Assembly (NCBI GenBank): GCA_902761275.1
Contig: CACWJS010000018.1
Span: 1 to 61,762 of the forward strand
Origin: an uncultured bacterium
GTDB taxonomy: Bacteria; Verrucomicrobiota; Kiritimatiellia; RFP12; UBA1067
Direction: 5' to 3'
DNA: 61,762 nt
Under the pieces are notes generated by a model. That model searched no databases. It was not told where the DNA came from and saw only the letters and a program-made list of their open reading frames with translations. A program made the position numbers and the translations under genes. Below are positions 35,498 to 45,290 of the stretch, piece after piece; within the stretch, counting starts at the first letter, position 1; each line of letters starts with the position of its first letter.

Positions 35498-36543
35498 ATG
35501 AAGACGAGCACGAAGAACGAGTACAAGTGCCAAGTCGAACTTAAGGTCGAGTTGAACGCCGAGGAAATGAAGGGAATCGTAAAGGACGTCGAAAAGGCGT
35601 TCGTCCGCGAAGCGCGGCTCCCCGGCTTTCGCCCCGGCAAGGTTCCGATTGAAATCATCCGCAGACAGTTTGCCGACGGCCTCAAGCAGGAGACCGAACA
35701 CACGATGATCCGCAAGCACTACGCGGACTCGCCGACAAGGACACTGCGGTTTCCGACGAGGCTGTCAAGGAGCAGCTTGAGCGCCTGCGTGCCGCGTACG
35801 CGAAGTACGAGGACGCGAAGGAGGGCGATACGGTCGCCGACGGCGATTTCGTGCAGATCGACTACACCGGCACCGTCGACGGCAAGCCGATTCTCGAGGT
35901 TGCGCCTGAAGCCAAGGTTGTCGCGTCCGGTACGGGCTTTTGGACTCAGGTCGAGGAAGGTCGCTTCCTCCCCGAGATTCTCGATGCCGTGAAGGGCATG
36001 AAGGTCGGCGAGACGAAGGAAGGCGTCAAGGCGAAGTTCGCGAAGGAAGGGGCGCCCGAGGGGCTTGGCGGCAAGAAGGCCGTCTACACGGTGACGCTCA
36101 AGGCGTTCCGCCGCCGCGTCCTTCCCACCGACGCCGAGTTTGCCGAGAAGGCGAAGGCCGAGTCCATTGAGAAGCTTTCCGCTACGATTCGCGAGACGCT
36201 CGAGAAGCAGGCCGTCGAGGCCGAGGCGATGCGCCGCGAGAACGAGGCCGTCGAGCTGCTTCTCAAGAAGGCCGACTTCGACGTTCCCCAGAGCCAGGTT
36301 CGCCGCGCGATGGACGGCTACCTCCAGGAGCTCGCGCAGCGTGCGCAGTACTCCGGGCTCGACGCTTCCTACTTCGAGAAGAACCGCGACAAGATCCTCA
36401 AGGACGCCGAAGACGCCGCAACGAAGCAGGTCCGCCTCTGGTACGTCCTCGAGGCGATCGCCAAGGCCGAGAACATCGAGGCCAAGGACGAGGAGCGCGG
36501 CAAGAAGGTCATCGACTTCGTCCTCGCGAACGTGAAGAAGTAA
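35498..36543 (+). pseudogene. tig: trigger factor, disrupted by a frameshift plus an apparent internal deletion
   Basis: The N-terminal 78 codons (frame 2) carry the ribosome-binding motif region LPGFRPGKVP. The PPIase and C-terminal domains (VQIDYTGTVDGKP...GMKVGE...) continue in frame 1, which is open from 35653. The frame-2 read-through to 35992 is Arg/Ser-rich nonsense. Confidence 0.7.
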
Positions 36544-36553
36544 CATTGGTGTA

Positions 36554-36614
36554 ACCTTTCAACCTTTCAACCTTTCAACTTTTCAACTTTTCAACCTTTC
36601 AACTTTTCAACTTT
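36554..36614. repeat. G-free 8-bp tandem repeat (CTTTCAAC / CTTTTCAA, about 7 units) in the tig-clpP spacer
   Basis: The array reads aacctttcaacctttcaacctttcaacttttcaacttttcaacctttcaacttttcaacttt and ends 2 nt before the clpP ATG. Confidence 0.9.
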
Positions 36615-36616
36615 AA

Positions 36617-37198
36617 ATGAAGTCATACATGATACCGTATGTCGTCGAGCAGACGGGCAAGGGCGAGCGGACGTACGACATCTACTCGCGCCTCCTCCTC
36701 GACAGGATCGTGTTCATCTCGGGTGAGGTGAACGACGAGATGGCGAACGCCGTCTGCGCCCAGCTCCTCTTCCTGCAGTCGCAGGACCCCAAGAAGGACA
36801 TCAACGTCTACATCAACTCGCCGGGCGGCAGCGTCACGGCGGGGCTTGCGATCTACGACACGATGCAGTTCGTGAAGTGCCCGGTCGCGACGTATTGCAT
36901 CGGTCAGGCCGCCTCCATGGGTGCGGTGCTGCTGACTGCTGGCGCGAAGGGCAAGCGCCACGCGCTCCCGAATTCGCGCATCATGATCCACCAGCCGTGG
37001 GGCGGTGCCGAGGGCAAGGCATCGGATATCGAGATCACGGCGAAGGAGATCCTGCGGCTCAAGGAAATCCTGAACGGCATCCTCGCGAAGCACTCCGGCA
37101 AGAAGATGGCCGACGTCGTGAAGGACACGGACCGCGACCACTTCATGTCGGCCGCCGAGGCCGTTGAGTGGGGTCTTGTCGACAAGGTCGTAGAATGA
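36617..37198 (+). CDS. clpP: ATP-dependent Clp protease proteolytic subunit
   Basis: The sequence has [32 protein letters not shown] (catalytic Ser) and MIHQP. Confidence 0.95.
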   Translation: MKSYMIPYVVEQTGKGERTYDIYSRLLLDRIVFISGEVNDEMANAVCAQLLFLQSQDPKKDINVYINSPGGSVTAGLAIYDTMQFVKCPVATYCIGQAASMGAVLLTAGAKGKRHALPNSRIMIHQPWGGAEGKASDIEITAKEILRLKEILNGILAKHSGKKMADVVKDTDRDHFMSAAEAVEWGLVDKVVE

Positions 37199-38439
37199 AA
37201 GAACTGACCTGTTCCTTTTGCGGAAGAAGTTCCAAGGAAGTCGGGATGATCCCCGGTCCCGACGCGAACATTTGCGTCGACTGCGTTCGCCACGCCAACG
37301 AGATGGTGACGCGCCACGAAAAGAGCGCGAAAGACGTTCCGCCTCTTCCGCCGACACCGACCCCGAAGGAGATAAAGGCGTTTCTCGACCAGTACGTCAT
37401 CGGCCACGACGAGGTCAAGAAAGTACTCGCCGTCGCCGTTCACAACCACTATCGCCGCCTTGAGGCAGCCGAGAAGGGCAATGGAACGGACGGGGGTTCT
37501 GGCACCCCCGCACCCCAGCCCGCGGAAAAGTTTACTGATGTTGAGATAGAGAAGTCGAACATCCTCCTTATCGGGCCGACGGGAACTGGCAAGACGCTTC
37601 TCGCGCGGACGCTTGCGAAGATGCTCGGCGTTCCGTTCGCCATTGGCGACGCGACGGTGCTCACGCAGGCGGGCTACGTTGGCGAAGACGTCGAGAACCT
37701 TGTCCGCTACCTTCTCCAGAATGCCGACGGCAACGTCGAGCTTGCAAAGCGCGGCATAATCTACGTCGACGAAATAGACAAGATCGCGTCGAAGACCGAT
37801 AACGTTTCGATCACGCGCGACGTCTCGGGCGAAGGCGTTCAGCAGGCGCTTCTCAAGATCCTCGAGGGCACGATTTGCCGTATTCCTCCGAAGGGGGGCC
37901 GCAAGCACCCCGACCAAGAGTACATCGAGGTCGATACCTCCAACATCCTCTTCATCTGCGGCGGCGCTTTCGTCGGACTCGACAAGATAGTCGGCGAGCG
38001 CACAGGCAAGCGTGCGATAGGATTTGGCGCGGCAGAGTCCTCCTCCGCCAAGGCTAAGGAGGACAAGCAGGGGAACGCAGACGTTCGCCCGGAAGACCTC
38101 GTCAAGTTCGGGCTAATCCCCGAGTTTACCGGCCGCCTTCCCGTCATCACCACGATGAAGGAGCTTTCCGAGGACGATCTCGTTCGCGTCTTGACCGAGC
38201 CGAAGAATTCGCTCGTAAAGCAGTACCAGAAGCTCCTTTCGATGGATGGCGTCGCGCTCTCGTTCGAACCCGATGCCCTTAAGTCGCTCGCAAAAACTGC
38301 GCTTGAGCGCAAGACTGGCGCGCGCGGACTACGCGCAGAGATGGAGCGTCTCATGACCGACGTTATGTACGAAGCTCCTGGCAACGCGAAGATGAAGAAA
38401 GTCGTCGTGACTAAGAAGATGGTTGAGGAGAGGAGTTAG
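37195..38439 (+). CDS. clpX: ATP-dependent Clp protease ATP-binding subunit ClpX
   Basis: The ATG overlaps the clpP stop (ATGA). It has the Zn finger CSFCGRS...CVDC, Walker [25 protein letters not shown] and IPEFTGRLP. Confidence 0.95.
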   Translation: MKELTCSFCGRSSKEVGMIPGPDANICVDCVRHANEMVTRHEKSAKDVPPLPPTPTPKEIKAFLDQYVIGHDEVKKVLAVAVHNHYRRLEAAEKGNGTDGGSGTPAPQPAEKFTDVEIEKSNILLIGPTGTGKTLLARTLAKMLGVPFAIGDATVLTQAGYVGEDVENLVRYLLQNADGNVELAKRGIIYVDEIDKIASKTDNVSITRDVSGEGVQQALLKILEGTICRIPPKGGRKHPDQEYIEVDTSNILFICGGAFVGLDKIVGERTGKRAIGFGAAESSSAKAKEDKQGNADVRPEDLVKFGLIPEFTGRLPVITTMKELSEDDLVRVLTEPKNSLVKQYQKLLSMDGVALSFEPDALKSLAKTALERKTGARGLRAEMERLMTDVMYEAPGNAKMKKVVVTKKMVEERS

Positions 38440-38505
38440 GGGTCAGTAGTTGGAGTTCAGAGTTGGAGTTGGAGATAGGAGTTAGTAGTCAGGGGTCGGG
38501 AGTTA
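38431..38505. repeat. reverse-orientation copy of the CTCCAA/TGACCCC element spanning the clpX stop and the clpX-panD spacer
   Basis: 38439-38474 is the exact reverse complement of the 36-mer at 5709-5744 and 5763-5798. The clpX TAG (38437-38439) overlaps the first base of that exact copy and lies within the surrounding repeat-like sequence. Confidence 0.9.
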
Positions 38506-38512
38506 GTGATAG

Positions 38513-38845
38513 ATGTTAGTTGAGATTTTAAAAGCAAAGTTGCATAGGATACGCGTAACCGAGGCGTGCCTCGATTACGAGGGCTCGCTTACGCTCGACC
38601 CCGACGATATGGAAGCGGTCGGGCTCGTCCCCTACCAGAAGATTCTTGTCGCCGACGTCGAGAACGGCAACCGCTTTGAAACCTACGCAATTGCCGGAAA
38701 GCGCGGCAGTCATGTCTGCTGCCTCAATGGTGCGGCGGCGCACAAGGGCAAGATAGGCGACCGGCTCATCGTAATGGCCTTCGCCCAGATGACTCCCGAA
38801 GAGGCCAAGGGCTGGACGCCTCTCGTCAAGCATTTCAAGAGTTAG
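38513..38845 (+). CDS. panD: aspartate 1-decarboxylase
   Basis: MLVEILKAKLHRIRVTEACLDYEGSLTLD contains the Gly-Ser self-cleavage site. The sequence also has NGAAAH, and its size of 110 aa fits. Confidence 0.9.
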   Translation: MLVEILKAKLHRIRVTEACLDYEGSLTLDPDDMEAVGLVPYQKILVADVENGNRFETYAIAGKRGSHVCCLNGAAAHKGKIGDRLIVMAFAQMTPEEAKGWTPLVKHFKS

Positions 38846-38885
38846 TGGATAGTGACATAGAAACACTGAACCTTCGGACACAGAT

Positions 38886-41222
38886 ATGAAACACGGAAAG
38901 ACTCTCTTTTTGCTGGCATTCATCTTTGCGGTGGCGGCCGCGTTCGCGGGCGAGGCGCTTCCCGCCGAGGCGGCCGACTGGCCGGCAAAGCTCGGCATGA
39001 CTCCGAAGATGCTCTTCCTCGTGCTGCAGATCGGCATAATCATCTTTGCTGCGAAAATCGGCGGGACGATTGCGACTGCGCTTAAGCTTCCGAGCGTCCT
39101 TGGCGAACTTGGCGCCGGCATCCTTATCGGCCCGTGGGCGCTTGGCGGTTTTGCGATCCCCGGCTTCGACGGCATGTTCCAGTACGGCATCTTCTACGGC
39201 AAGGCCCTGCGTGCCCAGGCCGCCGCAGGCGGCAACCCCTTTGCCGCGACGCCCGAGCTCTACGGCATTTGCACCATCGCGTCTGTCGTCTTGCTGTTCC
39301 TCTCTGGTCTCGAGACTAACCTCAAGATGTTCCTCAAGTACGCGTTTGCCGGCTCTCTCGTTGGCGTCGGCGGCGTGGTGCTCTCGTTCCTCCTCGGCGA
39401 CCTCTGCGCCGTCTACGCGACGACATACCTCCCCGATCTCCTTGGCGGCATCCAGTGCCTCGCGGAGCTCGGCGAGCTCGTGAAGGAAGGCAAAGTCATC
39501 CAGGCGGCGCTTTCGCCTGCAGCGATGTTCATGGGCATCATGTCGACCGCGACCTCCGTCGGCATCACGGCGCGCATCCTCTCCGAGAAGAAGAAGATGG
39601 ACTCCGAAGAGGGCGTGACGATCATGGCGGGCGCGGTGATCGACGACGTCCTCGGCATTATCGTGCTCGCGATCGGTATGGGCATCATCGGCTCCCAGCG
39701 CGAGGCGGCTGCGGCCGGCGAGGCAGCGGCGCAGGGCATCGACTGGGGAGCCATTGGAGCGACGGCGCTCAAGGCGTTCGGCGTGTGGCTTGTCGGCACA
39801 ATCGTTGGCGTGGTGTTCGCGAAGAAGATTTCCTGGCTCCTCAAGCTTTTCAAGGCGCATGCCGCGATCGCAACGCTTGCGTTCGGTCTTGCGCTCGTCA
39901 TCGCGGGTATGTTCGAGGCACTTGGCCTCACGCTCATCATCGGCGCATACGTGATGGGCCTTGCGCTCTCGCGCACCGACATCAAGCACCTCGTCCAGGA
40001 CAACCTCGCGAACCTCTACACCTTCCTCGTGCCGATCTTCTTCTGCGTCATGGGCATGATGGTCGACGTTACTGCGCTCTGCTCGAAGCCCGTCCTGATC
40101 TTCGGCGGCATCTACACCGCGCTCGCCGTTCTCGCAAAGATCGTGGGCTGCGCGATTCCGTCGCTCTTCTGCGGTTTCAACTTCCTTGGCGCCTTGCGCG
40201 TCGGCGCTGGCATGATTCCGCGTGGCGAAGTCGCGCTCATCATCGCAGGCATCGGCCTTTCCAACGGCTATCTCACCCAGGAGGTGTTCGGCATTGGCAT
40301 CCTCATGACGCTCGTCACGACGGTTGTCGCGCCGCCTGCGCTCGTCGGGCTCTTCCACCCGAAAGCGAAAGGCGTGCGCCACCCGAAGGCAGACTCCGAC
40401 GGCGGCCGCGAGGTCGTCTTCGAGCTCGAGACGCGCGAAGTCGCGGATCTCGTCGTCACTCGCCTCGTCGAGGAGTTCCGCAAGGAGGGCTTCTTCGTCA
40501 CGCTCCTCTCCCAGACCGACCACATCTGGGAAATCGCGATGGACGACATCGACATGTCGGTCCGCCGCATTGGCAAGAAGATTCGCTTCACCTGTACGAA
40601 GGCCGAGGAGACGATGGTCATGACGGCGTGGATGGAAGTTGCCTCGCAGATGAACGACCTCGCGCGTGCAATTGCCAAGCCCATCCGCAAGGAGGACCTT
40701 GGCAGGATGATTGCGAAGAGCGAGCCGGCGAAGCGCGGCCACGAAGGCGTCGGCCGCTACCTGCAGGGCTTTGTCATGCTGCCGAAGTTCCGCGCGTCGT
40801 CCAAGAAGGAGGCGATCGAGAAGATGGTCGCCGAAGTCGCCGCGGCCTGCCCCAACCACGTCAAGAACGCGGCGGCGGCGGCAGAGGCGGTCTTGAAGCG
40901 CGAGGAGTCAATGCCGACTGGGCTCGACCACGGCATTGCGGTTCCCCACGGCCGCAGCCCGAGCGTCCACGGCATCGCTGGCGCCGTTGCAATCGTCGAC
41001 AACGAAGGCACCGCCAACGGCTGCATCCCCGACTACGAGACGATAGACAACTCGCCGTTGAAGATCATCGTCCTTACGGTTGCGAACGACGAGGCGCAGA
41101 CGCCGTATCTCAAGCTGATGAGCTACATCTCCCGCGCGCTTCGCGCCGACAACGGCTACGAACGGCTTGCCGCGTGCAAGACGCCTGACGAGATGCGTCG
41201 CTTCTTTAGAAACGCCAAGTGA
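38886..41222 (+). CDS. cation:proton antiporter (CPA-type, about 12 TM helices) fused to a C-terminal PTS EIIA(Ntr/fructose)-type domain
   Basis: A long hydrophobic N-terminal part of about 430 aa has the [16 protein letters not shown] motif. The C-terminus has the [17 protein letters not shown]-2-type His motif. Confidence 0.7.
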   Translation: MKHGKTLFLLAFIFAVAAAFAGEALPAEAADWPAKLGMTPKMLFLVLQIGIIIFAAKIGGTIATALKLPSVLGELGAGILIGPWALGGFAIPGFDGMFQYGIFYGKALRAQAAAGGNPFAATPELYGICTIASVVLLFLSGLETNLKMFLKYAFAGSLVGVGGVVLSFLLGDLCAVYATTYLPDLLGGIQCLAELGELVKEGKVIQAALSPAAMFMGIMSTATSVGITARILSEKKKMDSEEGVTIMAGAVIDDVLGIIVLAIGMGIIGSQREAAAAGEAAAQGIDWGAIGATALKAFGVWLVGTIVGVVFAKKISWLLKLFKAHAAIATLAFGLALVIAGMFEALGLTLIIGAYVMGLALSRTDIKHLVQDNLANLYTFLVPIFFCVMGMMVDVTALCSKPVLIFGGIYTALAVLAKIVGCAIPSLFCGFNFLGALRVGAGMIPRGEVALIIAGIGLSNGYLTQEVFGIGILMTLVTTVVAPPALVGLFHPKAKGVRHPKADSDGGREVVFELETREVADLVVTRLVEEFRKEGFFVTLLSQTDHIWEIAMDDIDMSVRRIGKKIRFTCTKAEETMVMTAWMEVASQMNDLARAIAKPIRKEDLGRMIAKSEPAKRGHEGVGRYLQGFVMLPKFRASSKKEAIEKMVAEVAAACPNHVKNAAAAAEAVLKREESMPTGLDHGIAVPHGRSPSVHGIAGAVAIVDNEGTANGCIPDYETIDNSPLKIIVLTVANDEAQTPYLKLMSYISRALRADNGYERLAACKTPDEMRRFFRNAK

Positions 41223-42730
41223 GTCTCGGGGATACGATTGCGGCTGTTGCAACGGCTCCTGGGCGCGGAGGAGTCGCGGTCGTTCGCGTAAGCGGACCTG
41301 AAGCGTTTCAAGTCGCCAAGCGGCTTACTGGCCACACCCCCAAACCTCGTAGGGTCAGTTTAGAGTCTATTAGCGACCCTGGCTCTACCTTAATTGACAC
41401 TGCAGTTGTTCTTGCCTTCAAGGGCCCCCACTCCTACACTGGTGAGGATGTCGTAGAATTCCAGTGCCACGGTGGCTCCGTCACGCCTCGCCGCGTTCTC
41501 GAGGCTTGCCTTGCCTCAGGCGCGCGCCTCGCGAATCGCGGAGAATTCACCGAGCGCGCGTTTCTTAACGGCAAACTATCCTACGAAGAGGCGGAATCTG
41601 TTCTCAATCTCGTCGATGCCAAGACAGACCGTGCGGCCGATGCTGCGCTCCGCAGCGTGTCCGGTGAGTGTCGCAAGGCAACAAGGGAAATCTACGACGC
41701 TCTCGTCGACCTCTCTTCGACCGCCGAACACGCGCTTGACGTAAGCGAAGATGAGTTGCCCGATGGTTTTCTCGATGGGCTCGCCTCTTCTGTCGCCTCA
41801 ATCGCCTCGCGCCTCGACGATGCGATTCGCCGCGCCAAGGAGGGGAAGATCCTTCGTGACGGCGCTCTTGTAGTGATCGCGGGTCCGCCGAACGCAGGAA
41901 AAAGCTCACTTCTAAACGCTCTTCTCGGGGAAAGCCGTGCGATAGTCTCGGCGACGCCTGGCACGACGCGCGACTCTATAGAGGAGTGGCTCGACATTAG
42001 CGGCTGGCCAGTGCGTCTTGTCGACACGGCGGGGCTTCGCGAAACCACCGACGCCATCGAGGGCGAAGGCGTCACGCGTGCGCGCGACCTTATGGAAAAG
42101 GCCGACATTGTGCTAAACCTGACTCCCGCAGACGGCGATCCGACAGGTGGGATGTGTGGGACGTGTGGGACGAGCGGGACATGCAGGACAGTCGCCGTCA
42201 TCGAAGTCCTTTCCAAATGCGATCTGATAGTAAACTCCGAAGATTATGGCTCTCGTTACCACTCCGCAGTTTCACACTCGACAACCGCTGTTCACGCGAA
42301 TCCCGATAGTGGTGGTTTGGTGGCGCGAAGCGGTGGAGCGTTAGCGGGAACAACAACCATCGGTGTTTCTGTTAGCGCCAAGACAGGCGAGGGACTTGAT
42401 GCGCTCCGCGGCGCAATTGCCGCGGAACTCGAGCGCAGGGCCGCCGAACCAGGCGAGGCGGAAGGCGGGCTCGGCTGCGGCGCGTCGGCCCTGATTGAAG
42501 CGCGGTCGCTCCTCTCCCCCACTCCCCCACTCTCTCACTCCTCCACTCCCCCACTCCCCCACTCCCCCACTCCTCCACTCCTCCACTCCTCCACTCCCCC
42601 ACTTTCCGACCTAGTTCTTCTCGCCAACTGCGTCCGAGCAGCGGCCGAACGGCTGGGCGAGGCCGTCGGTGCGACCTACTCGGCCGACATGCTTGACGCC
42701 CTCTTTTCTCGTTTCTGCGTCGGGAAGTGA
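41219..42730 (+). CDS. mnmE: tRNA modification GTPase MnmE
   Basis: The GTG start overlaps the upstream stop (GTGA). The sequence has [45 protein letters not shown] and the C-terminal FCVGK motif. Extra low-complexity inserts are present. Confidence 0.9.
   Translation: MSLGDTIAAVATAPGRGGVAVVRVSGPEAFQVAKRLTGHTPKPRRVSLESISDPGSTLIDTAVVLAFKGPHSYTGEDVVEFQCHGGSVTPRRVLEACLASGARLANRGEFTERAFLNGKLSYEEAESVLNLVDAKTDRAADAALRSVSGECRKATREIYDALVDLSSTAEHALDVSEDELPDGFLDGLASSVASIASRLDDAIRRAKEGKILRDGALVVIAGPPNAGKSSLLNALLGESRAIVSATPGTTRDSIEEWLDISGWPVRLVDTAGLRETTDAIEGEGVTRARDLMEKADIVLNLTPADGDPTGGMCGTCGTSGTCRTVAVIEVLSKCDLIVNSEDYGSRYHSAVSHSTTAVHANPDSGGLVARSGGALAGTTTIGVSVSAKTGEGLDALRGAIAAELERRAAEPGEAEGGLGCGASALIEARSLLSPTPPLSHSSTPPLPHSPTPPLLHSSTPPLSDLVLLANCVRAAAERLGEAVGATYSADMLDALFSRFCVGK
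42147..42190. repeat. GGGAC-type G-run array in frame in mnmE
   Basis: gtgggatgtgtgggacgtgtgggacgagcgggacatgcaggac is translated as [15 protein letters not shown]. Confidence 0.7.
42511..42604. repeat. CCACTCC(C/T)C oligo-repeat array in frame in mnmE
   Basis: ...ccccactcccccactctctcactcctccactcccccactcccccactcccccactcctccactcctccactcctccactcccccact is translated as [31 protein letters not shown]. Confidence 0.9.
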
Positions 42731-42758
42731 TTTGGCGTTTGCCATAATATGCTATAAA

Positions 42759-42767
42759 TGCTATAAT
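42759..42767 (+). promoter_or_regulatory. extended -10 (TGCTATAAT) upstream of the pseudopilin operon
   Basis: The sequence reads gccataatatgctataaaTGCTATAATtg and lies 32 nt before the ATG at 42800. A GAGGAAGG element sits in between. Confidence 0.4.
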
Positions 42768-42799
42768 TGACCCAAACTTGAGGAAGGTCAATCCCTAAC

Positions 42800-44128
42800 A
42801 TGGCGACATTTCAGTATATTGCTAAGGATGCGTCGGGCAACGAGACGCGCGGACAGATCGAAGCCGGCGACCGCAACTCCGCTATTGCGGCGGTTCGCGC
42901 GCAGGGGCTTTTCCCGACGGCGCTCGGCGAGGTGAAGCGCGCGGCGTCTACGCCTGCCGCGGCTCCCAAGAAAGCTTCTCCCAAAAGGGGTGGCCCAGCC
43001 CCAGCTCCAGCGGCAAAGAAGGGCGGCGGCCTTAACGCGAGCATCAATATCAAGTTGCCGAGCTGGATGCGCGGCAGGATCAAGACCAAGGTCCTCACGC
43101 AGTTTACGCGCCAGCTTGCAACGCTTGTGAACGCCGGCCTTCCTCTTATGCGCGGCATTGAGGTCCTGAAGCGCCAGATGAAGGACGCTCAGATGAAGGA
43201 GGCCCTCGATGGCATCGGCGAGAACATCGCGGCCGGCGGTACGTTCTCCGAGTCGCTGACGGCGTATCCGAAGATCTTCGACAACCTTTACGTCAACATG
43301 GTGAAGGCCGGCGAAGCGGGCGGCGTGCTTGAAGTCGTTCTCGGCCGTCTCGCCGAGTTTGCCGAAAAGAGCGAGAAGATCAAGAACAAGGTGAAGGGTG
43401 CGATGATCTACCCGATCGTCGTCCTTGTCGCCGCAGTCGGCATCACCGCGTTCCTCCTCGTCACCGTCATCCCGAAGTTCAAGCAGGTGTTCGCCGACAT
43501 GCTTGGCGGCGCAGAACTCCCGGCGATCACGCAGTTCGTCATCGACGCGTCTGACTGGGTGCAGCACAACTACCTTGTTATCGGCGTCGGTGTCGTCGTG
43601 CTGATTGTCCTCAAGAAGATCATCGGCAAGACTGAGAAGGGCGCGACGGCGTTCGACTGGCTGTCGCTGAGAATGCCGGTTACGGGAACGCTAATCCAGC
43701 GTACCGCCGTCTCGCGCGTGACGCGCACGCTCGGCACACTCCTTTCCTCCGGCGTCCCGATCCTCCAGTCGCTGATGATCGTCCGCGACACGACCGGCAA
43801 CAGAATCGTCTCCAACGCATTGCAGAGCGTCCACGACGCCGTCAAGGAGGGCGAAGGCATGACCACGCCGCTTGCTCAGTGCTGGGTCTTCCCGCCGATG
43901 GTCGTTTCGATGGTCGAGGTCGGCGAGGAGACGGGCGCGCTTGCCGAGATGCTTACGCGAATCGCGAATACCTACGACGACGAAGTCGACAACGCGGTTG
44001 CCGGCATGACGGCCGCGATCGAACCGGCCCTCATTATCGTTCTCGCCGTCGTTGTCGGCACGATCGTCGTCGCGATGTTCCTGCCAATGATCAAGATCAT
44101 CCAGTCCGTATCGGGAGGTGGCGCCTGA
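42800..44128 (+). CDS. type II secretion / type IV pilus platform protein (GspF/PilC family)
   Basis: The N-terminus FQYIAKDASGNETRGQIEAGDRNSAIAAVRAQGLFP is typical of the family. It has two T2SSF-type repeats (FTRQLATLVNAGLPL and VTRTLGTLLSSGVPI) and 3 TM segments. Confidence 0.85.
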   Translation: MATFQYIAKDASGNETRGQIEAGDRNSAIAAVRAQGLFPTALGEVKRAASTPAAAPKKASPKRGGPAPAPAAKKGGGLNASINIKLPSWMRGRIKTKVLTQFTRQLATLVNAGLPLMRGIEVLKRQMKDAQMKEALDGIGENIAAGGTFSESLTAYPKIFDNLYVNMVKAGEAGGVLEVVLGRLAEFAEKSEKIKNKVKGAMIYPIVVLVAAVGITAFLLVTVIPKFKQVFADMLGGAELPAITQFVIDASDWVQHNYLVIGVGVVVLIVLKKIIGKTEKGATAFDWLSLRMPVTGTLIQRTAVSRVTRTLGTLLSSGVPILQSLMIVRDTTGNRIVSNALQSVHDAVKEGEGMTTPLAQCWVFPPMVVSMVEVGEETGALAEMLTRIANTYDDEVDNAVAGMTAAIEPALIIVLAVVVGTIVVAMFLPMIKIIQSVSGGGA

Positions 44129-45288
44129 TGAAGCGCGGCTTTACCCTCATCGAGCTCATGATCGTCATTGCCGTCCTCGTGACGCTGATGGCGATTACCT
44201 TCCGCATCGCGAACACGGTGTCCGATGCTGAGGCGCGAACGATGACAATTTCGCGGATGCAGCGCATCGAAAACTGTCTTTCGGGATTCCACGCCGCGTT
44301 CGGATGCTATCCCCCCGTGAAGCTCCAGGGAAACCGCAGCTTCAAGGGGCAGGAGGAATCTATCAACTGGGGGAACGAGTCGGAGGCGTGGCGATGGGTC
44401 AGGGAGATATGCCGCTCGCAGCCGGTTGGTTGCCGATTTCCCTTTTCCGAAGGAATGTCAGGCTACATTCGCGAGCTCAGCGATCTTATCGCGTCTGCGG
44501 CATCGTCGGGCGAATACGAAGAGGTGTTCAAGGACCAGGACATGCAGGAGTGGGCCGCTGCGGGCTTTGCATCCGCTGGAGACAGTGCCATTGAGGGGCG
44601 GCTTTCCTCCAAGAAGGGCGAGGTTCTGTGGAGCGAGCTAAAGCTCTTCCAGTACGGCATGATGAGCTATCTTCTGCCGCGCTACCTGGTCATGATGGGC
44701 GGCAGCTCTAAGTATTTCGAGTCGGACGGCTACGCCCAGTGGACAAAGAACAACGACAAGTCGTGCGATCCTTTCACCGGAAGGACGATAGAGTGGACGG
44801 AAGTCTACGAGTGGGCCAAGGATCATCGCAACGGCCTTAAGAACGAAAACGTCGTGAAGCTGCTGCTGATGCCGTCGCAGGCGGCCTGTGCGCGTTGGAT
44901 GCCGAATCTCGAGGGCATCTGCCGGTGCGACAGCGACCTAAATCTGTTTGGCGTGCACATCAAGAGCTCTTATGGTGGCGACGTTGGCATTTTCGACAGT
45001 ATGGAAATTGAGGCACTTGCCCCCGCGGTTCGCTCGGCGTGCTTTACGCCCGACGGCGACGGCTCATACAGGGATCAGTACCTTCTCGACGAGGTTACGG
45101 TGAATGACGGGTGGGGTAATGAATTCTACTATTACTCCCGTTCCCCTCACCAAAGCTACACGTTTTGGAGTTCAGGTCCCGACGGCAAGACGTTCCCGCC
45201 GTGGATCGCTCGCGACGAGTTGTCTGGGCAGGAGCTCGACATAGCCGCGAAGTGGACAAAGGACGACATCACGCACATGAGCAACTAA
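44128..45288 (+). CDS. prepilin-type N-terminal cleavage/methylation domain protein (386 aa, atypical pseudopilin)
   Basis: MKRGFTLIELMIVIAVLVTL. The start overlaps the gspF-family stop (TGATG). The ORF-track start at 43879 is rejected. Confidence 0.75.
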   Translation: MKRGFTLIELMIVIAVLVTLMAITFRIANTVSDAEARTMTISRMQRIENCLSGFHAAFGCYPPVKLQGNRSFKGQEESINWGNESEAWRWVREICRSQPVGCRFPFSEGMSGYIRELSDLIASAASSGEYEEVFKDQDMQEWAAAGFASAGDSAIEGRLSSKKGEVLWSELKLFQYGMMSYLLPRYLVMMGGSSKYFESDGYAQWTKNNDKSCDPFTGRTIEWTEVYEWAKDHRNGLKNENVVKLLLMPSQAACARWMPNLEGICRCDSDLNLFGVHIKSSYGGDVGIFDSMEIEALAPAVRSACFTPDGDGSYRDQYLLDEVTVNDGWGNEFYYYSRSPHQSYTFWSSGPDGKTFPPWIARDELSGQELDIAAKWTKDDITHMSN

Positions 45289-45290
45289 CC

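Noticed and set aside
42147-42604. Idea that the upstream G-rich (GGGAC) and downstream C-rich (CCACTCC) inserts in mnmE and tatD are complementary and form a long-range stem like the coaE pair.
   Set aside because: GGGAC would pair with GTCCC, not with ACTCCC. By-eye complementarity is poor, so no pairing claim is made for these two genes, unlike coaE 5316-5351 against 5709-5744.
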